A stretch of 64,000 bases of DNA from Catajapyx aquilonaris (GCA_000934665.2 KZ538524.1:1-64000); one strand, 5' to 3'. Positions 1-15,405 are shown, numbered from the stretch's first letter. Made by a program: numbers and translations. Notes: generated by a model from the letters alone, not told the origin.

Positions 1-3000
1 CCCCCCTCTGCCTTGTGCAAAACTTCCCGAAAAAAAAAGGTGATATCCTTTTTCAAAAAGGTATAACTACATACCCCCCCTCCCCACCTCCCACCTCCTA
101 CACACATCCCTGATCGACCCAATCCCAGCTACCCCCCGGTCGCTTGCGGTTTTCTTCCACGCCGACTCCCCAGCATCTACTTTGTTCCCGACCAATGAGA
201 ACCCACCATGATTGACAGGCAATCTCAATGTGAGCCAATGGAAAGTTCCTTGTGCCGCGTCGACGGTGGGGAGAGGCGGGGGTGGGAAGGTTGACGGCAG
301 GGATGGAGAGCAGCGNGGGGGCATTTAGCTTATGTTTACTTTGTAAATATTTTCCGAAATGAATCAGAAACCGCATTATGGGTAGTGGGTATGGGGGTGG
401 AAACTCACATGCACTCAGTCACCCACAGTATATGCTAAAAATAATATCTGCACTAATAGAGCGTGTAATGTTAGACGCGGGTCACAATATAATATATAGG
501 CTGGTTGGAGGTCATGTATGACAGTTGTCATTACAGGGAGAACCTCACAAGAGACTCCACTACTGCTGGGCCCCCCAAAAAAACGTGGCATTACAGGGTC
601 ATGAAACATATGCACACACTATAATACACAAAACTTTACAATGCGACTGGAAAAAGTCGGACAAGGACATAGGTAAAGGGGTCACGTTATTGTTCCAGTA
701 AGATTAAATATTAATTACACTATGATGGCCGTTTTTGGTTTTAATTGCGTCACTTTCCAGAAAACATTTTCCGGCTGAAAAACAACTTTTCCGGCTCTTT
801 TCCGCCGGGAAAATGGTGCAACCGGTCATTAGAGGGTGATGTAAATGCTGACACATCAAACCCGTTTAACTGGCAGTAAATTGCTTAACTCTCAGATAAA
901 ATGAAGAAATCAAGCACCAAACTGATTGGTCCGACAAACGACCTTGAGCCCATCATGCACCACTCATAGCGCGTGTCCTTGATCCCTCTTAGCCAATCAG
1001 TCCCCGTTACAAACGTGTTAATCTCACCGGAACTATCCCTTATCGCAATCTTAAAAACGCCAACTCCGCACTACATGCAATATTCGATTATGAATATGTG
1101 TAGCCTAGGGGGGGATGTGTGAGAGTAGGTGGGTGGGTGGGTGGGGAAAAAAAGACTACGGCAAATTTATGGAGAGCTGCTCTCTCCGCGGGTTGGAGAT
1201 GGGCGTGCATGCAGCATAAAACCTACTACACACTCAGTCCATCGGCTCATGCTTTCTATGAAATTTGGGGATACAGCTGGGGCTCCCGAACCAGGGGGGG
1301 AGGATATAATGACGGATTAGGTAAGATTAAACTATGCCGTTCCATTATATAATCTACTTTTCTGGGCACGACACCCTGATCAGCAAACTGCAGGAAGGAT
1401 TTGGGAGACTACAACCTCCCATACACGGTCAGGAGACTCCGAATGCTGGAGGGGAAGGTTTTTTTTTTTTTTTTTTTTTTTGAAACCCACCCCTCCATCC
1501 CCCACTTTCACATAAGTGGGGGTGGGACAGGGTGGGGAGGGCTGCTCTCTTTTTGAGTGTAACAGCGATAAAGCCTTCTCCCGTCACTTTCGATAAAACG
1601 GGAGGGACACGTGAAAAGTTATCGCACCGGTTTTTTGGGGAGGGATGTATAAAAAATTACATTTTTTCCCCCCCGTACATCCACCCCCCCTGCATTTTTC
1701 TCATCTTGCTCGACATGTGTGTGCAAGGGACGAATAATTGCATATGCTCACACGGTTCGTCTCCAGGCAAAGTGTTGGAATCAATAGAGTGCAAGTTTAA
1801 TTCCGGACGTTGTGCCTGAATTATTTGGAAAAAACCGGACTTACTCTGCCAGACTTGGAGGAAAAGAGGTTGTACCGGACAACGGGGCCGGATAATACGG
1901 CGAAACATTGGGTCATTAGGAATTCATGCCCAGGTGTCAGTTTTTAAGATTTCAGCTCTTTTTTTCCAGGCGTTTCCATGTCGCGATATATTATTAATCC
2001 GAAAAAAACGTATATGCGAAATATTGTACCGGCCATGTAGGAACCGGTCGCAAAAATAGACTGGAAGGAAAAGACGGTTGACACGCACATAAACGCATCT
2101 ATAAACAGGGTGTCTTAAATGAGATGACCTCATTCGATGCAATCCACCCCAATACCACGGGTAGAGAAGGAAAAAAAAAATCCCTGGAGGAAGGGGAGGT
2201 TCTCATCCTATCAGCATCACAGAGGGTCCCAATCGGCCTGGGTAGAAATCCAAGGGCCAATTGTCTCATCCCCTGAATTCCTCCGTTACAGGCCGGCAAA
2301 GTCCCAAAACAACCCCTGATGGGTCGTTGTCAATGGAGGAGAGGAGACAGAGGGGAAAAAAAGACAGAAAAAAAGAGGCTGACCACATCTTTTGGTGTCT
2401 CAAAGCGATGGTGATGCCCATCTGTTGCCTTTGAGACCCTTGATTTGATGAGCTGGACAGCACGGTTTACGGGGGTGTTGATGCAATGCGGCGTGAAACA
2501 GCTCGACCTGCGAATACTGGCTGTTTCCTACCGTAGTGATTGTTGGTCGAAACACTCCCGGAGGAGTCATCCGGAAGGAAAGGGGGGGCCAGTTTCATAT
2601 CCATCTTCCAAATAATCAGTCATCATGTGATTGCAGCAATATTATGGCTAGACAAGACCGCCAAGATAGCAGCACATCCGCTCCCCTCCCCCCGCAAAAA
2701 AGCAGCGCCATATGTTACCACCCACCACCATTAGAATCGTACCAGGTTTGCAAAACACGAAATACTCCACATGCATCATATCTGAAGCGCCTTTTTTTTT
2801 CTCCCCCTCCCAAGAAAATGGCCCTCACCTAATCCTGCTCCGACGCCCTCTTTCCAATAACAGGCCATTCGCATGTCATCATATGCAACCCGCACGAGGG
2901 GCATGCAGAAACGGCCGACTCTGCCTCTCTCGAGATATTAGGTCCCCAGATGGTGCTCGTCTCTCGACGGAACAAGAAAACGCCCCCCTTTCCCCCCCTA

Positions 3001-6000
3001 AGTCTCAAGGAAAAAAAGAAGGGTCCGGATCTGAAAACAAGGCATTTATTCCAAGGCGCTGTGAATATTAGTTCCGCATGTACCATACGGCATTTTTTTT
3101 CCTCTCTCGCAGCGCGCGGGAAGGTTTGAATGAAGTCAAACAAATAATCGGGGCCCCGGGGGGTGTCAACCGAGAAATAAAAGCAATTTCCCTGATATCC
3201 ATCTTCCATTTTTCTCACTCCCAGAGTTTTCCTTTCGCATCCCTCCTACAATTTTTTTTTTCTTCTTTTCCTCCTTCCGCGTAATAATCTGCCATCTTGG
3301 CCGCTCAATCAGATGGCCCTGGCCGATTCCTCCGGCGGGCGCTCTCTTTCAGCTGCATAATCCCCACGTTCTTGCCCCCCATTTAGTAAAGGTGGTATCG
3401 CGCGGGACATTTGTCAAGATTTATTACTGGCGCTAGGCTAGGGTAATGGCCGTCCCCTCTTTTCTCCCTCCCTCCATTTTTTTCAGGAAAAAAAGGGGGT
3501 AGAGAAAAGGAGGGGGTTTGTCTCCACCCCCCCCCCCCTACGAAAAGCCCGCGTGTGAAGAAGTGTCGCTCGTAGGCAAAGAGGACACCACCCACCCCTC
3601 GGGTCCGAATGAAGTGGACCATAGATTCAAACCCCCCCATCCGAAACAAACATAAAAAAACGGACTCAGAGAAGGAGGGGGTCCAAAGTCCGATTGGAAT
3701 CGTGCTGACAAACAGGTTTTCGTCAAGTAGTTTCGCGCTCTGGCAGGACCATCCTCTATGTCGTCTTCTGGGGGGGTTGCCCCACCCTGCAAAAGCGCAG
3801 GCTCAAACGGCATACGACCCTATTGGACCAAAGGCTGACCCGGAGAATTCATTCCTGCAACAATAGGATCTCCCTTCCTCTTCTTTTTTTTTTTCGCTCT
3901 CAACCAATTTCAAGCGCTGACTTCAATGGAGCCAATACCGCCAATTGGTCAACCGCCATTAAAAGTTGCAGCCGTATAGAATGCAGAGTTTATAACGCAA
4001 CAGCATCGGCTGGAGGGAGTGAAATTTGGCGGAAACAAGTAAAAGCACTAATTAGCATATTTACTGCATGAACAACGGTTTGGAGTATCAAATTATGGAT
4101 ATGTGGCGAAAAACCTACATGAAAATCCAGGTGGCAACTGCACCGATTCGAATCACGCCGTGTGTAAATTTTTCCAAAATTTCACAATAAATGCTCAGCC
4201 TTTCGGATTGCTTCACGGGCTATTAAAAATGTATTTTTATGCCCATCGATTTCGAGAGAGAGGCTAGGGGGGGAAAAAAGCTGGCAATGGGCATCGGGGG
4301 TTTTGTATGGAAAATGCAAGCCTGGGTTCCCAAAACTATTTCCAGCAATTGAAAGTGATCTATACGGCCTTCATTTCCCTTATTGATTTCTAGAGCAATT
4401 GCAAAAGGGGGGCCCCCTACGTTTTATGTCCGACAGCAGCAGTTGGGCGTGTCTTCATGGGTCACATAATGAATACAACCCCTTGCGGGTAACCGCCTAG
4501 GGGTTTTACCTATATTTACATTTACATACCTGGGCTTTTCCCAGGACTTTTCCTTTTCATAAAACCCACCAACTCGCAATTTTTTTTGAGGGTAAATTGA
4601 CGGCTTCTTTCTTCGACAGCTGGGGAATACAAGCAACTTTTCAAAGTTCGAGCCGGCTCTGTAAATAATTTTCGGTAGCAGAAATCTGCTGGGACATCAA
4701 CTTAATCAGACATTCAATGGAGTTCTAACCGCTTCTACATACAAACAATTAAATATTCAGAGACTAAAACATTTCCAGGAGTCCCCCCCCCCNCCCCCCC
4801 CCCCCCCTCTAGGTTGAATTGCTGAACTTGATCGCTGAATATTCTGGCAAAAGCTGGGGATGCAAAAATAAAAATCGCAGGGAAATGGGGGAGTGCTGCT
4901 GAAAATATATAAAAAAAGAGAAGCCTCGAATACTTTGAACCGAAAACATTCTCACTGCATCCACATACAACAACATTTCACGCACCGTGCTGCGTACATG
5001 GTCATTTTTCCGAATTTTTGCGTCAGTCACACATACATAACATGATGCCCGAAGTTACTGGAACGGAACGTAAACTTTCCCATGCCTGTGTAGAGAATGT
5101 ATAAATAAGCTACCCATCATTTGCTCTCTTAATTAAGTCCACTTCCAAAAATTGCGTGTGAATTGATACCGGATGACAATGTGAACATAAAAACTGTAAC
5201 TATGTTTAAAAATAATGATCACAGCATATGTGTCAATGCAACAGGTTTGATAGATTACCTACATGTCACATAGACTTACACCTAACTGACTAATTCCAAC
5301 ATCAACATCAATGTTGGTATCCGATACAACCAATATTGCAATTATTCTGCCCAACAATATTGCCATTACTGCCAGCAACAAGCAAAATGTACCTTGTGAT
5401 TGTTTCGCCTCAATTTCCGCTCAATTTCCTCCCACAAAAATAGCGAATCCTGTTTATCTTATTCTCCCAAATATTTTTCAGCAACGATTCACTTGCACTA
5501 TTGGCCACTATCTACTCACTAGCGCATGGGCCACTGGAACAATTAAGAACATTGTTGCAATCAGGACTGTTCCTAATTGCTGTTGTCCACCTTACATATA
5601 TCCACCAAAATTCCCTGCAACTGCTGAAATGTAGGCACACTCCCTCCTTTTACATTGACACTTTTTGCGGGCCTAAACAATTCCGAGTCTGCGAGAGAGA
5701 GAGAGAGAGCAGGGGACCCTGACTGGACGGTTGCGCCGAGTGGCCATTAACTTCCCGGCCATTTGGCTTGTCTTCTGCCGCGTCAGCATCCGCCCCCGGT
5801 TAGGTTCTCTATTCCACCCCCCCCCCTCTTTTCCAGCCACCCCCTACAATTTCAACTGGACCCAACCCCCCAACCAGAAGTTCTCCCCCACAGCTTTTAG
5901 CTTTATGCGGTTTCCTGCTTGGACCCCCCATTCTNGGGACTGAACATTCCAACACTTTTCAGGACCATCGGCAAAGCTTTTGTCACCCCCCTGCCCGATT

Positions 6001-9000
6001 GGAAGAGGGAGAAAACCAGGCGTAAGTCTGATCAGAATCAGGATGCAGATTGGCTCATCCTGAAGTGCAGGCAACCAATGCGGCTCACTTGTACGTCAGG
6101 AAGCATGCTTACTAGGCGTTAATTAGGACAGTCTAATAAAAACCACTTCAAATGTGTTCAAAAAAAAAAATCCTGACACATACGGCGGAAAACCAGGGGA
6201 AGGGCCAAATCCTGTTATATCGCTGCTAACAATGACAGTTATCCTTTAACAGGGTCTTAGCGGCGGGCTGGACAAAAACCCAAACGTCCCCGGTAATCTT
6301 CGGAACCAGATTCTTCAATTAAAAGCGTCCTGAGTTTAGTTCAACCCACCCTTTCTAACTAGGCAGGATTTAGAGAGAGGGGTGGGAGAGGGTGGGGGGT
6401 TCTGCACTTTCCATCCAATGATGGGGGGAGGCCAGGATTCCATCTTGTATCGAAACCTGTCACCAGCATTTATGGTCCGGACCTTAATCCGGGGGACGAA
6501 ACCTGCGTTGGGAAAAAGTAGGGGACCGGAACAGGTAATTTCCTGGTCAGGAGATAAGGTCAAGAAAGAAGACACCCTCGCTTGAAATTGCGTCCGCGTT
6601 TTAAATGCCATAAACCCTCCCAAAATATCAGATATAACTCTCTCCAGCCCGCAGATAATGAAAGTACGACACGCTCCGGAAAGTCTTATCCGGAGGGAAA
6701 GAGGATATAAAATGTCCATTGGCTACACTCCTTGACATATATCCCGGTTTGAGTTACATGCTACAGAAAATCCTGGCGTCCTGGCTCATTATGAATATTA
6801 CAATTTAAAATTCGATTCGACTTACAGGAAAAACGACGCTGGTTGCTACTCAGTGTTAAAAGTTGCATAATAACCGTGACAACAAGATTAGAGTGAGAAC
6901 AACAAGCTTGCTTTTATTGGATTAGCTCCCGACGCCGGCTAATTAGCCCATCCCTATAAATGTCAGCGTGCTTGTCTCCCATAACAACATTTTCATGACC
7001 TTATACACACCCGATTCCTCGATACAGGCCTTGGACAACCCTTGCCTTTAATCCCTCGCCCAAACGACCTCCTGTGTCAACATCCCAACACCTAAAAGCA
7101 CGTGCAGCTTCTGCCACCTTTCCCCCCCAGCAAACGAGCCTTGGTTCCTCTCCTAATGGTCCAAGATGTATTTATCCCCCATCCCCATGGCTTGGCAAGC
7201 ACCGCTAGAGCGGCGGTAGTGTCGAGCGGCGCCAAGCCAAGAGCCCCATTCATCGCCATAATCATCCGATCGCTCCCTGTCGCGCTCTCCGTCCCTTTCT
7301 GTCCACCCTCATTTGATTAATACCGATTAAGGGACTTTCTGGAGTGGAAATCACCAGTGGGCATTCTTCATTAATCTCGACACGGGCGACTTTATCGCGA
7401 CAACCGCCTTTCCCCAGCCACTCGGCCCCATTTACTCCCACCCCTCCCACCCCAGCCTCCCACCAGGGCTAACTCCTCCGATATAACAGCCCAAAGGCCG
7501 CTCTAATCCGCTGGGGCCTCCATTTTTACACAACCGCCATTTTCTCCAAATTATCAACCTAGGATCACTCCAAGTACTTCTTGCCAGGGGTTTCTCATTT
7601 TCATCCCTCCCTCGCCCAAAGACGGACCTCAGGACCACCCTATATTTTTTTCTGGGTTCTTTCTCCCCTTGCCTTCTTCTCTCTCTTCATCCCACACCCG
7701 CCACCTTCCCCCCCTCTCTTGACACCTAGATAAGAAAATCCTGATGAATGAAGACAACGGTTGTTTTTCAAGGACTGTTCCAGGGAGGAAGAAAACACGA
7801 TGAAATATCTGGAATAAAACCTGGACATTTTCCTCCAAACCCGACCTGCAAAGCCTCCCACCCGCGGTACTGATTTGGCCACTTGGGAAGGGGGAGGGGG
7901 AAAAAATGGAGTTAGATATATACTCCAGAGTGTCAGGTTGTGTCGACTCGAATTAAGAGAAAAACCTTGGATTATGTATATAGTGAGATCCTGCGACGCG
8001 GGGAAATATTTATTATTTATTATATTTGCTCATTATAATGCTGATGCTTATCCAAGAGGGTTACTCACATCAATACTTATTTGACAAAATTATAATAAAA
8101 ATTTAACATAAATAATAGAAATTATAGAAGTGAAAACTATACGAAAATATTAAACGGCAATGAATTTTTTTTGTAATAAATTTTACGTGCTCTCTGATTA
8201 GCATCAAATTTTATTAAGACAAATTTTTGTATATGTACCGGTATGCATAATTCTTAAGGATTTTTTCCCCAATTTGAACAGGCCCGTACCTACGGTAATT
8301 TTCGGTTGGAAATGTCCAGCCTGAATTTAATTGTCGTAACATTTTTTTCATACCTGTTCCGCCAAAAAAAAAATTTTCTGGACTTGGTGCAACCATAGCA
8401 AAAAAAAGCATGGGATATCCGTATTAGGTCACGCGTGTCCCTTCAGCAAAATTTAGCAATACCGCAGCCTGATTACCCTACCCAGTAAAAAAAAAAGTGG
8501 TTTGAAGCTATGCTGAGCAGGCTATAGTTGGAGAAGGGTCCAGAAATCCCGGCTCGTCTACTAACCATTCCTTTTCCTCTTCTCCAAGCCGACTTCCTCC
8601 GAGCCTCCAAGTCCTATAGCCCCGACAGACGCTTGAGTCAGGCAGGAGACATTAGACGTAATTGCAGCTATCAAACAACGCCAAGCCTCGCAGCTAATAA
8701 CGTTAATGTTGTTGACATTACTATGGGTACTGCAGACGAGCTATTTGTAGGCCTACACCTTTACGTGCGAAACTGTGTACCAATTTAGGTCATTAAAGCC
8801 GGCAACTTCTGTGTCATTTGGTTGGTTTTCCACGACTTTTGGGCCAAGACGGCGACCAAAGTTGTTCAGTCTTCCCTGCATTCTGAATGGTAATTCGACG
8901 TCCTGTTTTTATTAGGACTCTAAAATAATTTAGCTCCTATTTACGCAGCATTCTAATGCAGAGATGGACGGAATATCAAGTCTGCAAGGCCCCCCTCCTC

Positions 9001-12000
9001 GCCAAGAGAGAGAGAGAGAGAGAGAGAGGGAAAGGGGAGAAAGGAACTATCAACCGCGCTTGTGGAAACTTTGCCGACGGCAATGAGCGAGCAGGAATAA
9101 CGAGGAAGCGACAATTATGTACAGAATGTATTGCGTGCTATAGATTCACTTGACAAGGCGAGATGGAGCTGGCTGTGTAGGCTTGGAGGATGGAAAGGAA
9201 GGGCGGGCCACGTTCAAACACGGCCATTTGTATGAAATGCCTGTTTGTGCTAAAACAACTTGGGCTTTCTACCGGAAACTTACCAAGCTGTTGTTCGCAT
9301 TGCCACTGGAAATGTCCGCAAACAAATCTGCTTGATAGCGCGGCCTCCTCTATTATTTACGCGGCTCGCTTTCCTCGCACACCTTTACCCAACAAGCGTT
9401 CAATTCAACACAAATTAACCGGGCTCCGTATCGGTGAACCGTGAACAGCTCAACCGCAACATCTGGAAAATAACTGCAAATATCTTAATTAGGCAAGTCT
9501 CCACCGCGTAAAAGGAGTGTAATTTGATATTTTTGCGTCTGTACCGTGCATGTGAGAGGACTATTTAGCCAGCTAGAGCTGAAGGGGGGGAAAGTCGACG
9601 ACAGTCGGTGTTGAAAAGTGAGCAAAATTACTGCAGTCGCACGGTTTGCCAAGAAAGGTGGGGAAACTAACTTGGCGAGCAATTACTAAAAGCCTCCGTC
9701 GCAACTAAATTATCAAATTAGGAATGGATTGCTGCCTGCAATGCTTTCAAGTTTCACACGCTCGCCAACTCAACAAATCTGACCATTTTTCTAGGGTTGC
9801 AGAAATAAAATAGTGCGCGATAGTTGGAGAGAGAATATAAAAAAAACATAGTGCTGGTATGTAAGGCCTCCTTGCATATATCGAAAGCTAAAGAATAAAA
9901 CTTCTTTTGTTCCCTGGAGGACGCTGAATTTTTCCAGCCGGGAATATTTACCTTCTATTTGTGTGCCAGGACAGCAAATGTCAATATGTGTCCAATGCCT
10001 TGACATTTTCAGTCTACTTATGCTCATGTCTTCGGCCGTTTCCTTTGCATCAAACGTCCTTTCATGCCCGACTTTGCCTGCAATCAAGGGTTTGGCAGAA
10101 CGCCTCTCGACCAGTACAAATAAATCAATGGTAGTCTTACTGAACTCATATCCAGATATATACATACCCGTACGACAATTACGCTGGATAATTCAAGAAC
10201 CCCTGAATTTCCAAATGACCCGTATAAAAATTTCCGCCTCCAGAATAAAAAGTCAACAAAAAAAAATGACGAGAAGAAAATGACCGTCAACATTTCCGTG
10301 AGTCGATGCACGACATGCCTTTATTGCAGCGCCAATACCACTCATGTCCCATACACACACACACACCCACACACACAAAAAGAGTAGAAGTCTAGCATTT
10401 GAATATCTAGAAATCAATAGCAGTGTAACAGTCCATATGAGGAGCATTATTTATCCCCTGTTGGAAGCCCAAGCCCTCATTGGTTCCCTTGTATGTGCGC
10501 TCCCTATTCGATAATCAAAACTTGCAATCGCTGGAGCTAAGCATAAATACGGGACTTTTGCTGTCAGGTAGTGGAGAGGGGGCCCCCTCCAAAAGCGAAA
10601 GGGTAATATTCGTATATTTGATTCGGAGGAAATTGGGCCTGACTTTTCTAAGAGGGAAACGTCTTGGTTGGAAAGCCACTGCCCCCTCAAACCCAACCCC
10701 CCACTATTTTGCATGACGTATGCCCGGTTATGTATTTATCTCGCGACGTCAGTCATAATGCAAGAGCGTCTGGCTTTCCAACTGTTTAGATAAGTCCCAA
10801 ATATACGCAAATCGACTTATTCCCTCAGCAGGATTATCGTACTCTGCCTTCACTACTTCAACAGAAATAAACAATGGCGATGGAATAAATCTGGGGGGGA
10901 TCTAATGCTGTGCAATTTTTGGACCCCTCATTGAATTGTTACAGTATTGCTGCATTGTGCTATGCCTACACGGAGGAGGAGACATGTTCTGTAATAATAG
11001 CTCTATTGTCATGCCTGCTATAAAAGGTTGTGGTCACAATGCGCTAGAAATATCAACGGAATTTCTGCAAGTCCCGGCATTTTACTCTCCGGTAAAAACC
11101 ATGCGCAACTGTCCAAAACTGGTCGTTTACTGGAGGAATGGCAGGAAAATCTCACTCATTACTCTGCATAAATCCAAATAATTAAAGGTCTATATTTCAA
11201 GAACCGGTATTTTTCCCTATCGCAAAAAGTGAGCGTCTGATTTTATTGGGAACGGCTTGCATCATCGACGTAACGTTGGTCATTTGCTGCTAATAATTAA
11301 CATGCATTTCATCGCTCGATGATCTATATGTTCCAACGCGGCTAAATAATACACCTTATAATTATATCGAACACACTGGTCAATCTGCTAAACGTATTTG
11401 CTTATTTGAAACTGAGGTAAATTGGTTCCAACATATACGTCGAGCCGAACAGACTGTAAATAAATGTTGAATGCAAAAAAGGGAACCTTTTGCTGACCTG
11501 CAGTTAACTTTAACTCACGTCGTACAACCCGCCCTAAATCGATTCGGATGAAGATTTGAAACAGAACATGATCTTCAATTTTTTAAGCCCAGCTCGCGTT
11601 CCTTCCGAAATAACTTTTCATCCCTGAGACCTCCCATCGATATACACCTTTAAATCTTGAGGAAACAGACCCAGGTCGAGGGAAGGAGGCAGGGGTGGGT
11701 GGGAGATTAAGCCCCTGTCTCCTGAGAAACCTGTCTCAAGAGAAGCTTCCAACCACCGCAAGGCGTTATCTATAGTCCACCGGCAGAGGCGCCTTTACCT
11801 TCACTGCTCTTCCTCTCTCTTTTTCTCTCTGCTTTTCACCTCCCCCCCCACCTCCCAAATTCATCAGAGGTCCCCTCCTGTTCCCCCAGCCCTTTTCTTT
11901 TCACTCCGGCTCCTCCAAAGTGCATTTAGCACATGAATACCAACGAATGGCCTTTACATTCCATATCGAATCTGCCACACTTTCGGTAAACAATGCCCTA

Positions 12001-14454
12001 TTTAATTGCTTTTACACTTGTATGCACTTGGGTGCAAAAATAGGGCTCCGTCCCCATGGCAACCGGGGCGGCAATCAAGCGCCAGAGTAAATACCGTTTT
12101 TTTTTTACAATTTTTTTTTTTTTCTCTAAAACGAGGATGGGGTCGCAGTAGGGTGGAGGGTTTTATTTGGAATTTGGAAACTTTTCTTTGTTCCGATCGA
12201 GGCACGTCACTCCTTAATTTCGGTGAAATATAATCGAAGTGCGTCCGTGATTCAGGGGGAAGGATGGGGGGAGAGAAAAAGGGAAGATGCGCCTCATTCA
12301 AATGGAGTGGGGGCTGCGACGTCTTGAGTGGGAGGAGGGGGAGAGAAGAAGAAGATCAGGCTGATTTTCTCGGAGACTGATTTTTATTTACCCCGCTCCC
12401 GGGGAAGACTGAGCCAGAAGATGGGGCTGATACATTGCACACCCTAGAGAAATACTGGGGAGAAAAGAAAAAGCGAGGAAAATCTTACGTTGAAAGGAAA
12501 GGTCAAGCCCAAATATCCGGGGCAATTTTCGGTCAGGAAAGACAAACACACACAGTTGCCCCCCAAAATAACACCGGAAAAAAACTGTTAATAAATAAGC
12601 CGCATCATAATTTCGGACACCCGCCCTTTTTTAAATATTTATACCATTTTTCGGACGCGGAAATTTCCCTGGGCCTCTGACCTTTTCCCTATATATGGCC
12701 TATCTCCGGCACAACAAACGTAATCTCCGGATTAATCACCGTATCTACACAAACCATCATGCTTAAGTCAATTTCAACCGCGGGGTGGGAGGGAGAGTAT
12801 AGAGGACAGAAATTCTCATCACTTCCGACCCATCTTGGATATTACCTCCCAAGTGAGGACGATGTTGACAATCGATTAACCCCATACATATTAAAGCACA
12901 CGTGATTCCAAGTTTGCGCCCGTGTATAATGCAACAAAGCCCCCCCCCCCCCCCCCCCCCCCCCCNNNNNTTTTTTTTTGGGGGGGGGGGGGGAGAGCAT
13001 GACTTTGCGACCAGATCCTGCCAAAAACTTTTACATTCCACGCAAACCCCCCTCTGAAATAGTGATGAATGGGCTGCAAGAACCGCCCATTTCGAATGCA
13101 AACTATGACGCGAAACATGGAAGGCTCGGAATTGCAAACAACTGAAAAAGAACAAAAAAAAACGTGATTTAAAATTTTTTTTTAAACCTTCCCCCTTCTC
13201 TTTTAGGTTCAAAAGTTTAATTTCTGTGCACAAATTGTGAAAATGAAGTTGCGGGTGCTGGACCGTACGACGTTATAGGGGAGAAAAATAATTGAGACTA
13301 TTATTTTTCCCCCCGACAGCAGCAGGAGGTTTAACAATAATGTCCCGGATACAATCCGGAATGCGTTTTGAGAAAATGAGCGTACTTGTGGCGGTGCTAA
13401 TTGTTGCACCGTACTTTACAATCTCTTTGCGCTCCACGTCGGCTTGGAAAGAGTGCTAAAGCTCATAACACAATGAGAGTATATATATATATTAAAAAAA
13501 AAAAAAATCCAGCTCCACACATTCATGTTTCGTGTTTCTTTCGTGTAGAAATAAAATCCGGAAAATATTACTACACTGCTCGGAATAATAACCGCAGCTG
13601 TCTCTAACGGATCCGGACTAAAAGTGAAAAAGCAACACAAAAACTCCTTCACGCAAAAGCAAGCACGCTATGTAGTTAGTGAGTGTGTGTGGAGAGTGGG
13701 AGGGAAAACCCATGGCATATACTCGGACAGAGTTACGATTCTGGTCTCTCAATTTCGAGCGACACAGAAAGAGTATGGCATTACCCCCCCTTCCACGAAA
13801 AAAAAAAACACACACACACACACACACAGAGGGAGAGTTGGGTGAATGCGGCTTCACATAACCATATTATAAACTATCAGTGAAACGAGAGGACTTGTTT
13901 TTACGCCTCCTAAATAATGACGAGTCGGGGGAAATATTCATCGGCGCATGATAGGAGGGGAAAACCCGAAGGCGCGTCGGCGGACCACTCCCTTCCACCT
14001 GGTCACCTTCCAATGACCAGAAAAGGTAGAAAGCCACTGACCGCAATAAATAATTGCAAATTGACTCCCCGGCGTGCTGCAATGCGCTGGAAATAAAAAT
14101 TCGCGCTTTCTGCTACCCAGACCAGAACAGAGGTTTTGAAACAATGCCGAGGCAGGGACCAATGGGCATAATATTGCTATAGCTCCAGCACCGAGAGAGT
14201 AGTAGTGATCCTATATAGGGGGAAACCCATGGGGACGACTGGGGAGGTTTTTCTCTCGATGAAAAGTTTTCCTCTAGGCAGGGTTGGACAGTCTCGGTTC
14301 ACGTGTACAAAACAAGGGCAGTGCGATCCACGTGGCGACTTCCAATAGAATAAATATCAATCTAAGTGGCGGCGGTTGGGTCACGCCGCCGATCAAATGA
14401 TCCGGCCCCTTTCCAGCCAGAGGAAATGCAGTGCTGGGGGAGGGGAGGGCACTA

Positions 14455-14680
14455 CACTGTAATTCATGTACCGATTCCGGAGGTGGTACTTTGTGAGCAA
14501 CAAATACCGTTGTAGACAGCCCATCGTTCAGATGTATTGACTTGAAAATGGTACGTCACGATGTACCTACTTGGACGTCACGTACCGTCTACAGTACTGA
14601 CTTGTAGTCGGTACATCGTGATGCACCATTTTCAAGTCAGTACATCCGATTGACTGTCTACAAGTCAGTGAATTACACTG
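14455..14680. mobile_element. Foldback MITE-like element, probably Tc1/mariner-derived
   Basis: The termini CACTGTAATTCA and TGAATTACACTG are inverted at 11/12. TTGTAGACAG and CTGTCTACAA form an inner inverted pair. Arms 14531-14567 and 14610-14646 are reverse-complementary at 34/37. TA is present on the left flank only. Confidence 0.7.
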
Positions 14681-15346
14681 TTGGACCCCCAAAAAATGTC
14701 AGAAATCATTGTCCATGTCCAGCCATAGTAGTGGACGAAATTCCTGTCCGGTAGTTTGACTGGGGGGGGGGGGGGGATGAAGGGGAAAGGGAAACTCTAT
14801 ATGTCCCTTCCTCCTTTGGCCTGCCAATGAGCCTCTATTAAAGGGCTGTCAGGGGAAGCCATCACCTCATCATCATCGGCGTGCCCAGATCGGGAGGATA
14901 TATAGCCCAGGAGGAGGACTGAACTCAACTTAATGGGGAAACTATCAGGCTTATAGCACCATCCCCCCCCCCCCTCCTAGCAACCACCTAACTCTTCCGG
15001 TTGTGGCGACAGGAAGAGGAAGAGGCCCAAGCAAACTGCGAAACAAGATGAAGGGTTGCCATATTGGGGGACAGCCCGAATTTAGATGACGTATTATTTA
15101 GCAAAATGAGCGACAAATTACATGTTACGGATAAGAGTATGGGGGCGACAAATGTTGTTTGTGTTGATTTGCCAAATATTATTGGTCAACTCAATCATTG
15201 TTTGCTACAAAATGCGACCATCAATGAAAATGAAATCAATAGTCAGCTGGTTTTTACATTCGAGATTAATTTTATGGCAAAATAAACACCGCATTGTAGT
15301 AAATAACACCCTAAATGCGCTGTAATAACAAACAACAAATCTGACG

Positions 15347-15347
<1 letters not shown>

Positions 15348-15404
<57 letters not shown>
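15348..15404. repeat. (ATT)n microsatellite
   Basis: About 19 perfect units. It could be the (TAA)n tail of a minus-strand retroelement lying to its right. Confidence 0.9.

Positions 15405-15405
<1 letters not shown>

Noticed and set aside
2205..2385. Minus-strand pyrimidine tract with downstream AG as the next FoxP exon
   Set aside because: The phase-0 reading from the first acceptor hits a stop after 9 codons. I see no FoxP-like peptide and no clear donor.
2396..2438. Hairpin GTCTCAAAG...CTTTGAGAC as a possible pre-miRNA
   Set aside because: It is too short and bulged for a canonical precursor and matches no miRNA I recognise.
12940..12995. Poly-C, N gap, poly-T and poly-G as an inverted structure
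   Set aside because: It spans an assembly gap in homopolymers and is likely an artefact.
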